From: Candidatus Cloacimonadota bacterium
GTDB lineage: Bacteria > Cloacimonadota > Cloacimonadia > Cloacimonadales > WRIO01
Length of the DNA stretch: 17,073 nucleotides
Direction of reading: 5' to 3'
Assembly: GCA_029564175.1 (NCBI GenBank)
Contig: JAKQQL010000511.1
Span: 1-17,073, forward strand
Shown: positions 7,857-16,148 of the stretch, one piece after another
How the letters are laid out: each line of letters starts with the position of its first letter
How positions within the stretch are numbered: position 1 is the first letter of the stretch
The notes under the pieces: generated by a model
Databases searched by the model: none
The model's input: only the letters and a program-made list of their open reading frames with translations
What the model was told of the DNA's origin: nothing
Translations under genes and position numbers: made by a program

Positions 7857-9191
7857 ATGGAGTTGATAAAAATGAATCAAGAATTTTTTGAAGATTTGTC
7901 GCCGGAAGATGATTCTTCAGCTGAAAAATATATGAGGTGGCCTTTTAAAGAAGACGATTGGTTAATAAATCTTGTTATGACCAATCCAAATTATTTAGAT
8001 CGGATTATGACTTTAAGAGATTATAGTGTTAGAAATGTTGATATCATCATGCTTGAAATAATTGATGCTGTTAGACTTTACAGAGAAGAAAAACAAGAAC
8101 AAAATCCTTCTTTTGTCAAGAAAAGAAAATATCTCAAAGAAAATCTTAACAATAAGAAAATTCAAATTACATTGGAAGATGAATTAGAACTCAAGTCAAA
8201 TATAGAAAAATACAAATTATATAGTTTGATCCATTGGTTGCATCTAAATAGAAATCCTCGAATAGTAGAACACTGTGCCATTCAAAAATATAATATCTTA
8301 GATGTTATATATCCAAAAGTTCAATTGTCAATTCGAAAAGTTATTGGATCAAAAGTCTACGAACCAATAATGGATGAATTTGAAGAAGCTGTCAATAATG
8401 CTTGGATAAGTATTATCAAATACCTTACAAAAATTGATACAACAAAAGTTATGTTCAGCATTTTTGTTGCCACTGCTCATAGGAGTGCTCTTTATTTAAA
8501 AGCCCTAATCAATCAACATAATTATCATCATCAGACTTTAACAGATTATAAATTTTACAATAATATTGAAGCTTTGGATGACGAATCGGTTATGGATACA
8601 AAAACATATCAAAATAATCATCTAGAAGAAGAAAGCATGGAAGATTATTTGGCCGGATTGATTGATGATGAAAATGATTTTGAAGAACGTTTAGAAGAAA
8701 TTGAATCTTCAAATACTGAATCCAACATGACAACCTTAAAATCAAATATTCTATCTTATTCATTTACCGTATTATCATCATCTAGAAAACCATCAATTCA
8801 AAAAATCTTAGCTGAATTTTTCATTGATATTATTAATAAAAACATTTCTAAAGAACTTATTGAACGAAATGCTACGACCATTATTAATACAATGGACATG
8901 TATGACGGCACAATAAATCAAATTAATTGTGATACGAATAATAAGAAATTTTATAAACTCTTTCGGGATTTTCTTCAATTCAAAATACAACATAAAATTG
9001 AAAAATTTACAAACCTTCAAGGCAAACAACTAAATAAAAAAGAAGGCAAGAAAATTTCAAAATCATCTTATTATGTTGAATTGACGAAAAAAGAAAGAGA
9101 TTCCATGAAACTTCTTCTTCAAAATAAGGATAAAATTGTTCAGGAATTGATGGAATTTCGAAACCAATGTTTGAATTATAATATCAAATAA
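7857..9191 (+). CDS. Hypothetical protein, possibly a divergent phage sigma-factor-like protein
   Basis: Long ORF. The segment DEFEEAVNNAWISIIKYLTKIDTTKVMFSIFVATAHRS resembles sigma region 2 (weak). The CDS is solid; the function is tentative. Confidence 0.4.
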   Translation: MELIKMNQEFFEDLSPEDDSSAEKYMRWPFKEDDWLINLVMTNPNYLDRIMTLRDYSVRNVDIIMLEIIDAVRLYREEKQEQNPSFVKKRKYLKENLNNKKIQITLEDELELKSNIEKYKLYSLIHWLHLNRNPRIVEHCAIQKYNILDVIYPKVQLSIRKVIGSKVYEPIMDEFEEAVNNAWISIIKYLTKIDTTKVMFSIFVATAHRSALYLKALINQHNYHHQTLTDYKFYNNIEALDDESVMDTKTYQNNHLEEESMEDYLAGLIDDENDFEERLEEIESSNTESNMTTLKSNILSYSFTVLSSSRKPSIQKILAEFFIDIINKNISKELIERNATTIINTMDMYDGTINQINCDTNNKKFYKLFRDFLQFKIQHKIEKFTNLQGKQLNKKEGKKISKSSYYVELTKKERDSMKLLLQNKDKIVQELMEFRNQCLNYNIK

Positions 9192-9202
9192 GGTGATATT
9201 AA

Positions 9203-9970
9203 ATGAGTGGAAGGTATAGTTATTTGAGAAAGAATAAAGATTTTGAAGGTGTTAAAAAGATTCTGAATGAAAAATATGATGGCAATTTATTTAGACTCAA
9301 GGATGCCGAAGAAGATTATCGGATCATTTGTGAACTAAATAAATGTCATAATAAAGTCAGACAAATTAAAAAAGAGCCAATTATTTCTTCTGAAAGATCA
9401 TATACATTAATTGATTTCAATCAAGATGAAATGTCTTATGTAGTCAATCAACAACCAATTCTTTCAGCTAGCTTGGACAGTATTGCTTATAGAAGATTAT
9501 TACCTGATAGACCATCAAACATCTTTCTAAAACTTCGACAAAAAGAAAATTCCAAAGGAACTAAAAATGTTGATAAGATATTTGCCTTTTTACAAAATCT
9601 TGTTATGAGATCAAATTTTCAAGTTTCTTCAATTGTCAATGATCGAGCAAATGGAATTATTAAATTCAACACAATTCAAAGTGATGCCATTCATGGAAGC
9701 ACAAGACAATATGCAACAATATATTTAAATAAAAATGCTTATGTGAATATGGATGAATTGGTTCGTGGTGAACTTAAAAGACTTTTAGATAATCAAATGT
9801 TATATGCTTTCTTTACTCTCTATGGATTCAGTAAATTTTTCATCAGATGTAATTGTAGGGAGTATTTGAATAATTTCAGTAGAAAAGATTCTGGTGCAAA
9901 TTATTTTTGTAATCATGCTATGTGGTCAATGTCTGTTCTTCCATATTATCTTTATTATTCACTATCCTAA
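9203..9970 (+). CDS. SWIM-type zinc-finger protein
   Basis: C-terminal IRCNC-x15-CNH (CxC...CxH); AAGGTGA RBS. Confidence 0.65.
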   Translation: MSGRYSYLRKNKDFEGVKKILNEKYDGNLFRLKDAEEDYRIICELNKCHNKVRQIKKEPIISSERSYTLIDFNQDEMSYVVNQQPILSASLDSIAYRRLLPDRPSNIFLKLRQKENSKGTKNVDKIFAFLQNLVMRSNFQVSSIVNDRANGIIKFNTIQSDAIHGSTRQYATIYLNKNAYVNMDELVRGELKRLLDNQMLYAFFTLYGFSKFFIRCNCREYLNNFSRKDSGANYFCNHAMWSMSVLPYYLYYSLS

Positions 9971-9984
9971 AGGATTTGACGTTA

Positions 9985-10809
9985 ATGAAAAAGATTGTAT
10001 TATCTGCTAAATTTGAAACATTTATTGATGAATCAAATTTACAATTTTCAGAATCAAAAGGATTGCACCTAAATTCTTCTGATTGGAAACCTTACATTAA
10101 AATGAAACATCCAGATATTTTCAAGTTCATTTCTTCTGGCCTTTTGGTGTCATATACTCATAGTGATATATCAAGAAAGACTTATCAACAAGGATATAGA
10201 AATACGGAATACAGAACAATACTCTTGGCTGGATTTTACCTATCCTTGGTTGGAGTTTCTAACGATAAAATCTCTGATTTTCTAACCAAATTAATGAAGA
10301 AGACCAATTGGAGAATTAGGTGCAACTGTCCGGCAATGGTATTTTGGGGATTTAATTATATTCTAACAAAAGAAAATTCAATTCTTGGGCCGGGTGAATC
10401 AAGAAAACCAGTCAAAAGAAATCCTCATTTAGATGGAATTTGTTGTAAACATCTTTGGGTTTCTTTAAATTACCTTCATCAGAAAATGGAAGAAATTGTT
10501 AAAAATATTCTTCTGACTATTCGGAATTTTTATGGTGTTCAATCAGAACACGGAAGACAACAAGTATTAAAAAAAGTTAAAATAACTGGATTAAAAAAGT
10601 TATTGAATGATGTAAAAACAGCAATAATAAAAATTGATAAGTCTCTTTCACCAGAATTTGACAATCTTACTAAAGGAATTAAGATGGACTATTTTGGAAA
10701 ACAGGAAGAGCACAAAAAGGATGTTGAACAAAATGGCAAGGAAACCGAAACCATCAACACGGAAGATGGAAATAGACGAGCGACTAGAGGAACATTTAGA
10801 AAGAATTGA
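9985..10809 (+). CDS. SWIM-type zinc-finger protein (probable start 9985)
   Basis: IRCNCPAMVFWGFNY...ESRKPVKRNPHLDGICCKHL (CxC...CKH); AAGGA upstream of ATG 9985, which avoids overlap with the preceding gene. Confidence 0.7.
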   Translation: MKKIVLSAKFETFIDESNLQFSESKGLHLNSSDWKPYIKMKHPDIFKFISSGLLVSYTHSDISRKTYQQGYRNTEYRTILLAGFYLSLVGVSNDKISDFLTKLMKKTNWRIRCNCPAMVFWGFNYILTKENSILGPGESRKPVKRNPHLDGICCKHLWVSLNYLHQKMEEIVKNILLTIRNFYGVQSEHGRQQVLKKVKITGLKKLLNDVKTAIIKIDKSLSPEFDNLTKGIKMDYFGKQEEHKKDVEQNGKETETINTEDGNRRATRGTFRKN

Positions 10810-11149
10810 AGAGGATATCAATCTAGTAGAAGAAAGAGATGAAAGGGTTGAAGAAGTATTGTTAAATCTTCTTTCAAAGTTCCAATCATTTCAAGACCCT
10901 CGTTCTCTTAAATCAACAAATATTGATGCAATGACAAAATTGATGGATTTATATACTTCATTGCCAGCCAAAAGAGCACAATTAAGGAAAACCATTATTG
11001 ATACATTAATGAAGAAACAAGACCTCAAACAAAGAAAAGAAGAATCGGAAAACTTAAAAGATACAGTTGGTATTACGATGTCAAGCATTCTTGGGATGAT
11101 TGAAAAATCTACAAATTGTTTTCCTTCATACGAAGATGATGGCCAATAA
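10733..11149 (+). CDS. Helical/coiled-coil protein, candidate terminase small subunit (probable start MARKP at 10733)
   Basis: About 138 aa, two long predicted helices, C-terminal TVGITMSSILGMI reminiscent of the gp16 tail, immediately upstream of the portal start. Function is inference. Confidence 0.4.
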   Translation: MARKPKPSTRKMEIDERLEEHLERIEEDINLVEERDERVEEVLLNLLSKFQSFQDPRSLKSTNIDAMTKLMDLYTSLPAKRAQLRKTIIDTLMKKQDLKQRKEESENLKDTVGITMSSILGMIEKSTNCFPSYEDDGQ

Positions 11150-11168
11150 AATCTGGTGGTGAACATTA

Positions 11169-11178
11169 ATGGATGAAA
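11169..11178 (+). other. Original 5' end of portal gene (ATG GAT GAA A), separated by IscB element 2
   Basis: GGTGGTGA RBS upstream of ATG 11169, which is in the same frame as the portal ORF. Joining 11178 to 12763 gives MDENKKPLLSGLREKL. Confidence 0.75.
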
Positions 11179-11460
11179 GTGAAGCTGTGCTAAGCGAGAC
11201 TTAGCACCTTCTAATTGAATTTGATTAGAGGGTCATCTTCACCAGATCACCAGTAGGAGTTTAAAAAACCGGTAGCCGTTAAGTTGGATGTAGAAACCTT
11301 TGAATGTCGCCTCAGTTCAATGCTCTTTCGTGGCTCTGTAAACAGTCTTAAGGCAGAATGAGACAGTCAACCACAATGCGAAGCCTTCTTAACTGATCGA
11401 GAGGAAGTCCAATTTTAACTAGCACTCCAACTAGTTAAATAGGCATAACTTCTTTGTATA
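11179..11460 (+). ncRNA. IscB omegaRNA (HEARO-like) scaffold, copy 2; guide would be the flank at 11159-11178
   Basis: Homologous to copy 1. 5' GTGAAG pairs with CTTCAC before CAGATC; multiple compensatory stems. Confidence 0.85.
11187..11207 (-). repeat. Right-end subterminal hairpin of IscB element 2
   Basis: + strand GTGCTAAG-CGAGA-CTTAGCAC. Confidence 0.9.
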
Positions 11461-11475
11461 AAGGAGATAAACTTT

Positions 11476-12741
11476 ATGGTAGTTTATGTTATTAACAAAC
11501 ATGGAAAACCATTAATGCCATGTTCACCTAGAAAAGCAAGAATTTTATTAAAACTTGGTAAAGCAAAAGTAATTAGAAGAACTCCATTCACTATCAAACT
11601 TTTATATGGCTCTAGTGGCTATAAGCAGTCATTAACTCATGGAATTGATACTGGTAGTAGTGAAATTGGTAGTGCGGTTGTTAATGATAAAGAAGAAGTT
11701 ATCTATATGTCTGAAATTACTATTAGAAATGACATCACCAAAACTATGAAAAGCAGGGCTACTGCTCGTAGAAATAGAAGAAATAGAAAAACTAGATATC
11801 GTAAAGCTCGTTGGGCTAATAGGAAGAATTCTATTAAAAAAGATAGGTTTTCTCCTACAATGGTTAGTAAATTCAATAGTCATTTGAAAGAAATCAATTT
11901 TGTTAAATCAATTCTTCCAATAACTAAATTGATTATTGAAACTGCTAACTTCGATCCACATTTAATGAAAAATCCTGCTTTATATAATGAAAAAATAAAG
12001 AAATGGGCTTATCAAAGAGGAACTAACTACGGTTTTGCAAATACTAAAGCATTTATTTTAGATAGAGATTCTTACAAATGTCAACATTGTAAAGGTAAAT
12101 CCAAAGATAAAAGATTAGAAGTACATCATATTATTTTTAGAAGTAATAATGGTTCCGATGAGCCTGATAATTTAATCACTCTCTGTAAAACATGTCATGA
12201 TGCAGTTCATGATGGAAAGATTGTTATTAATGGTGGAAAAGTTAAAGGCAATCTAAAACATGCTACGCAGATGAATAGCATTAGGTTTCAATTAATGAAA
12301 AGATTGCCTGAAGCCATTGAAACTCATGGATATGTAACTAAAGAAAATCGATTTAATTTAGGTTACCCAAAGGAACATTATATTGATGCAGTAGTGATAG
12401 CTTGTCAAGGTAACCCTGTAACTTTTAAGACTGATAATGTGATTTATAAGAGATGCGTTTCTAAAGGTGATTATCAGCAGACTAAAGGAATTCGATCTGA
12501 AAAAGGAATACCAACTGGAAAGTTGTTTGGATTTAGAAAATTTGATAAAGTCAGATATCTTGGAAAAGAGTATTTTATTAAAGGAAGAATGTCAACAGGT
12601 TTTGCAATTTTAATGGGTATTGATAATATTAAATTATCATTAAAACCAATACCTAAATTTAGTAAGATGGAAAGGATAGCTAGTAGAAAATCATGGATAA
12701 TCGATCAATCAAGAATGATTCATATGCTAAGCAAGACTTAG
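11476..12741 (+). CDS. iscB: IscB RNA-guided endonuclease
   Basis: PLMP, RuvC-I GIDTG, bridge helix, RuvC-II IETANFD, HNH, RuvC-III HYIDA all intact; AAGGAG RBS. Confidence 0.95.
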   Translation: MVVYVINKHGKPLMPCSPRKARILLKLGKAKVIRRTPFTIKLLYGSSGYKQSLTHGIDTGSSEIGSAVVNDKEEVIYMSEITIRNDITKTMKSRATARRNRRNRKTRYRKARWANRKNSIKKDRFSPTMVSKFNSHLKEINFVKSILPITKLIIETANFDPHLMKNPALYNEKIKKWAYQRGTNYGFANTKAFILDRDSYKCQHCKGKSKDKRLEVHHIIFRSNNGSDEPDNLITLCKTCHDAVHDGKIVINGGKVKGNLKHATQMNSIRFQLMKRLPEAIETHGYVTKENRFNLGYPKEHYIDAVVIACQGNPVTFKTDNVIYKRCVSKGDYQQTKGIRSEKGIPTGKLFGFRKFDKVRYLGKEYFIKGRMSTGFAILMGIDNIKLSLKPIPKFSKMERIASRKSWIIDQSRMIHMLSKT

Positions 12742-14561
12742 CATTTTTCTCATCTGGTTTGTATAAAAAGCCTCTTTTGTCTGGATTAAGAGAGAAACTT
12801 CAAAAGCTAATAAATGTTTTTGTTGTTCAAAAGAAAGAGGAATCTGCTTATGATATAAATAATAACACATTAAATATAGCAAAGATATTGGACGATGAAG
12901 GAATTAACCATTTATTTAAATCATTTGAATTTTCATCATTTCAATATGAAAAATTATTTGATTTGGAAATGGGAAGAGTTGGAAGGTATAAAGATTATGA
13001 ATCTATCATAATGAGAATACCAGAAGCTAATAAGGCAGTCACGATTATTTCCGATTCTGTTTTGGCACCTAATATTGGCAACAAAACAAATACACTTCAT
13101 CTTGATCCAGTTCAAGGCCCAATTGGTAAAAAAGGATTGGAAATTGTTAAATTAATTCTGGATAAAACAAAAATGGAATTGAAAATTCTTCCGTCATTTG
13201 TTTTTGGAACATGTTTATATGGTGATACATTTATTGAAATTAAAAAAACTCTCGATAGTCCAAAGTTTATTATTCATGATCCAAAGAAATGTATTCTTTT
13301 GTTTGATAAAATGACTGATATTGAATTGGGTTTGATTGTCCAATTGGATGTGAATCAAAAATCATTATTAGTTGATTTATTGGCTAAGAATTTGCCCACA
13401 TTGCAAATTGAATTACCACAACAAAGAAGAAATACGGTTGTTGTTTCTTCTGAAACAAAAAAACCAATGTCAGAAAGGGAAATTCAAGATCTTACATTAA
13501 TTATAAATGATGCAGTTAAAGAAATGGGAGCAAAGATTAAATATATTCAACCATCTCATTATGTTCACATGTCAATTACAAGTAATAACATGTATTCACC
13601 TTATGGCACTAGTGTTCTTGACGCTGTCAGATCAATTGCAAAACAACTTCTATTAAATGAAGCTGCATTATCCATTGCTCGCGTAACAAGAGCACCTTCA
13701 AGGAAGTTATTTGGTGTTGAATGTGGAAATATGCCAGAAGCTGAAGTCCCTTCTTTTATGGAAGGTGTTAAGAATCAAATAAAAAGGGAAAAAGTAATTG
13801 ACACTTCAAAAGGGTTGTCAATCGATTCCATTCCTGATCTTTTATCAATTGATGAAGATTATTGGTCAAGAACCGTTGGGGGCACATCACTCTTAACAAT
13901 TGAAAGTATTCCAGGCGATGACCTTTCGACAAATATTGAAGATATGGAATACTGGAAAAAGAAACTTTTAAGCTCTCTTGGAGTTCCACCTGCATATTTA
14001 GCTAATGAAGAAGGAACTAGCACAAGAGCATTATTGACATTGGAAGATGTAAATTTTGCCCGACAAATTAAAAAACTTCAAACAGATGTTAATATTGGAT
14101 TAAATCAATTGGTTGACAATTGTTTAATCATTATGGGATACCCTGAATTGGTTGGTTCCGTCACCATTTCATTGCCAGAACCACAAAATCTTGAAGATAA
14201 TATTCGTTTAGAAAATATGAGTAATAGAATTTCGGTTGCTAGTGATTTAAAGGGAATGATACCAAATATTTCAATGAAATGGCTAGCCAAAAATATCATT
14301 GGTTTGACGGAAGAAGAATTGCAGGAAATGGAAAAAGAAAAGGAAGAAGAAAAGAAGATGACAATATTTAAGAATCCAGAAGATGAAAACATGGGAGAAA
14401 TGGGTGGGTCATCTGGTGGTGGATTTGGCGATGTAGAAACATTTGGGGAATCTGATTTTGGTTCGGAAGAACCAGAAGAAACGACAGAGGAAGAATTACC
14501 ACAAATGGGCGGAGAAGAATCTGGTATGGAAACATCAGAAACAGTCTCACCAGAAAGTTAA
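12693..14561 (+). CDS. Portal protein (T4 gp20-like); first 70 nt of this ORF are element-derived, native sequence resumes at about 12763
   Basis: YESIIMRIPEANKAV, PYGTSVLDAVRSIAKQLLLNEAALSIARVTRAPSRKLFGVECGNMP, EDYW, IEDMEYWKKKLLSSLGVP match gp20-family motifs; acidic tail. Confidence 0.92.
   Translation: MDNRSIKNDSYAKQDLAFFSSGLYKKPLLSGLREKLQKLINVFVVQKKEESAYDINNNTLNIAKILDDEGINHLFKSFEFSSFQYEKLFDLEMGRVGRYKDYESIIMRIPEANKAVTIISDSVLAPNIGNKTNTLHLDPVQGPIGKKGLEIVKLILDKTKMELKILPSFVFGTCLYGDTFIEIKKTLDSPKFIIHDPKKCILLFDKMTDIELGLIVQLDVNQKSLLVDLLAKNLPTLQIELPQQRRNTVVVSSETKKPMSEREIQDLTLIINDAVKEMGAKIKYIQPSHYVHMSITSNNMYSPYGTSVLDAVRSIAKQLLLNEAALSIARVTRAPSRKLFGVECGNMPEAEVPSFMEGVKNQIKREKVIDTSKGLSIDSIPDLLSIDEDYWSRTVGGTSLLTIESIPGDDLSTNIEDMEYWKKKLLSSLGVPPAYLANEEGTSTRALLTLEDVNFARQIKKLQTDVNIGLNQLVDNCLIIMGYPELVGSVTISLPEPQNLEDNIRLENMSNRISVASDLKGMIPNISMKWLAKNIIGLTEEELQEMEKEKEEEKKMTIFKNPEDENMGEMGGSSGGGFGDVETFGESDFGSEEPEETTEEELPQMGGEESGMETSETVSPES
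12724..12744 (-). repeat. Left-end subterminal hairpin of IscB element 2
   Basis: + strand ATGCTAAG-CAAGA-CTTAGCAT; contains the iscB stop codon. Confidence 0.9.
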
Positions 14562-14615
14562 AAAGAAGAAATTAAACTAGATATTTAGTTTCATTATATA
14601 TGGGGGTTAAAAAAT

Positions 14616-16148
14616 ATGCCAAATTTCGATCCAAGAAATCAACTTTTATCTGATATTTCTTCTGGGATTGATTCGGTTGCAAGTCTTAGTGATGATATGT
14701 CGGATTCAGATAAAGCTATTCTTGAAAATATTAAATTGAATGTGCCTAATTTGGATACCAATACGTTATTTATGATTCGTGAATATATCACTGCCAATCT
14801 TCAAGACTGTCTTTCAAATTATTCTCCTTTGGTATCTGAAGAGTTGGATACAACCGATGAAACAAAAGAAATGCCAGAAGGAACGCCAAGTGAAGAACCT
14901 GAAATGGAAATGCCAGAAGAGGATACAAATGAAAGCCAAGGAATGTTGGATAAACTAACTGAAATTTCTGACTATGCTCAAGAAATTGTTGATCTTGTTC
15001 AAAATGCTATTGATAATGTCAGTGATATGGATATTGTGACGCAGTTAATCAATATTAAACTTTTTGTCAATGATAAACTTGATGAATTTAATACTTTCAC
15101 AAATACCGAATCTTCGGGTGAGGTTAATATGGAAGAAGTTTTAACACAACTTGAAGAATTTAAATCGAAATTGGAAGGGTATTCCCAACTTGTTGAAAAC
15201 ATTACAATGGAAGAAACAAGTGAAGATATTTCAACTCCTGAAAATTTAGAAAATAATACGGTGGAAAATCAAGAAGAAAATGTTCAACTCCAAAAAGAAG
15301 AAGTTGAATTAAGTTCAATGGTTGTAGCAGAAGAAGAACAGGAAGATGAAAATTTAATTGAACCTGAAACTTCTGAATCTGAAGGCTTACCAATAGAAAC
15401 CATGAAAGATGAATCAGAAGGTTCATCAGATGTTAATGCACAATTTGAAGAATTGAAAAAGTCCATTGAGGAAATCTCTCAAAACATTTCAACAAATAAT
15501 CCTGAAATGTCAACATCATTAGAAAATGTTCAAGAAAAAATTGAAAACCTTCAAGAACAGATCGTGGGTGGTTCCGAAGAAATTGAGCCTGAAAATGATG
15601 AATTCATGGATGATGATTTTGAACCAATGGAAGATGATGAAAATATTTCAATGGGATCAAAACAATCACCAACTGGTGAGGCTCAATCAATTGAAGAACA
15701 GTTGGCAAGGATGCAAAAGGTTCTTAATAAGAAACCAACACCTGTTCAGGCCGATAATGACATTATAATGCCTTCTGATGGCGAAACAGAATTGAACAAT
15801 GAAATGGCTCCAGAATCAAATGATAATATGGAAATTGTTCAGGAACTTAGAAATCTTTCTTTCAAGTATGGCAAACCCGAATTTGAAGGTAAACCAGAAA
15901 TGGAATTATCAGAAGCTTTAGCAACTCTTTCCGAGAGTATTGAAGACAATGATAAGGTCAGTATTGATAACAATGTTGAAGCCGTTACAGTAATGGTTGC
16001 CATAATGGATAAAATAGTTAAAAATGAAATTATGGATGTTGTAAATAAGATTGGTCAGACGGATGAAGTTGAAATAAATCCAGAACCAATGTTAGAAGAA
16101 GGCAATACGTCCTTTGAAGAAGGTAATACAGATGAGATCATTAATTAG
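14616..16148 (+). CDS. Highly acidic protein, probable prohead core/scaffold-like
   Basis: Very Glu/Asp-rich with helical blocks and disordered linkers, located between portal and prohead protease; GGGGG RBS. Confidence 0.55.
   Translation: MPNFDPRNQLLSDISSGIDSVASLSDDMSDSDKAILENIKLNVPNLDTNTLFMIREYITANLQDCLSNYSPLVSEELDTTDETKEMPEGTPSEEPEMEMPEEDTNESQGMLDKLTEISDYAQEIVDLVQNAIDNVSDMDIVTQLINIKLFVNDKLDEFNTFTNTESSGEVNMEEVLTQLEEFKSKLEGYSQLVENITMEETSEDISTPENLENNTVENQEENVQLQKEEVELSSMVVAEEEQEDENLIEPETSESEGLPIETMKDESEGSSDVNAQFEELKKSIEEISQNISTNNPEMSTSLENVQEKIENLQEQIVGGSEEIEPENDEFMDDDFEPMEDDENISMGSKQSPTGEAQSIEEQLARMQKVLNKKPTPVQADNDIIMPSDGETELNNEMAPESNDNMEIVQELRNLSFKYGKPEFEGKPEMELSEALATLSESIEDNDKVSIDNNVEAVTVMVAIMDKIVKNEIMDVVNKIGQTDEVEINPEPMLEEGNTSFEEGNTDEIIN

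Larger units (their letters stand above)
11179..12762 (+). mobile_element. Non-autonomous IS200/IS605-type IscB element, copy 2 (1584 bp), inserted in the portal gene
   Basis: Hairpins at 11187-11207 and 12724-12744. Begins GTGAAG (TTCAC on the opposite strand) and is followed by ATAAA (TTTAT). Homologous to copy 1. Confidence 0.85.

Noticed and set aside
855..11168. GGTGA-type ribosome-binding sites as evidence for an archaeal host
   Set aside because: GGAGG, AAGGAG and GGGGG sites are equally present and GGTGA also pairs with bacterial 16S rRNA, so the host cannot be assigned from this.
11187..12744. Hairpin direct repeats as target-site duplications or CRISPR repeats
   Set aside because: Only two per element, about 1.5 kb apart, and shared between different loci. 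Recombining them leaves a stop in the portal frame. They fit IS200/IS605 subterminal hairpins.
11177..12751. Alternative element boundary from simple shared sequence (AAGTRAAG...TTTTYCTC), giving MDESGLYKK
   Set aside because: Also in frame, but it yields no TAM, ignores the omegaRNA first-stem covariation and the guide-tetranucleotide rule, and does not restore RBS-ATG spacing at copy 1. Caveat: my preferred boundary includes about 11-12 terminal nt that differ between the copies.
11179..12762. Element 2 as a group I intron (IStron) or intein in the portal gene
   Set aside because: No U before the 5' junction and no terminal G at the 3' junction. The non-coding part is fully accounted for by the omegaRNA. 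The portal frame through the element contains TAG and TAA stops. Splicing is unsupported, though only RT-PCR can exclude it.
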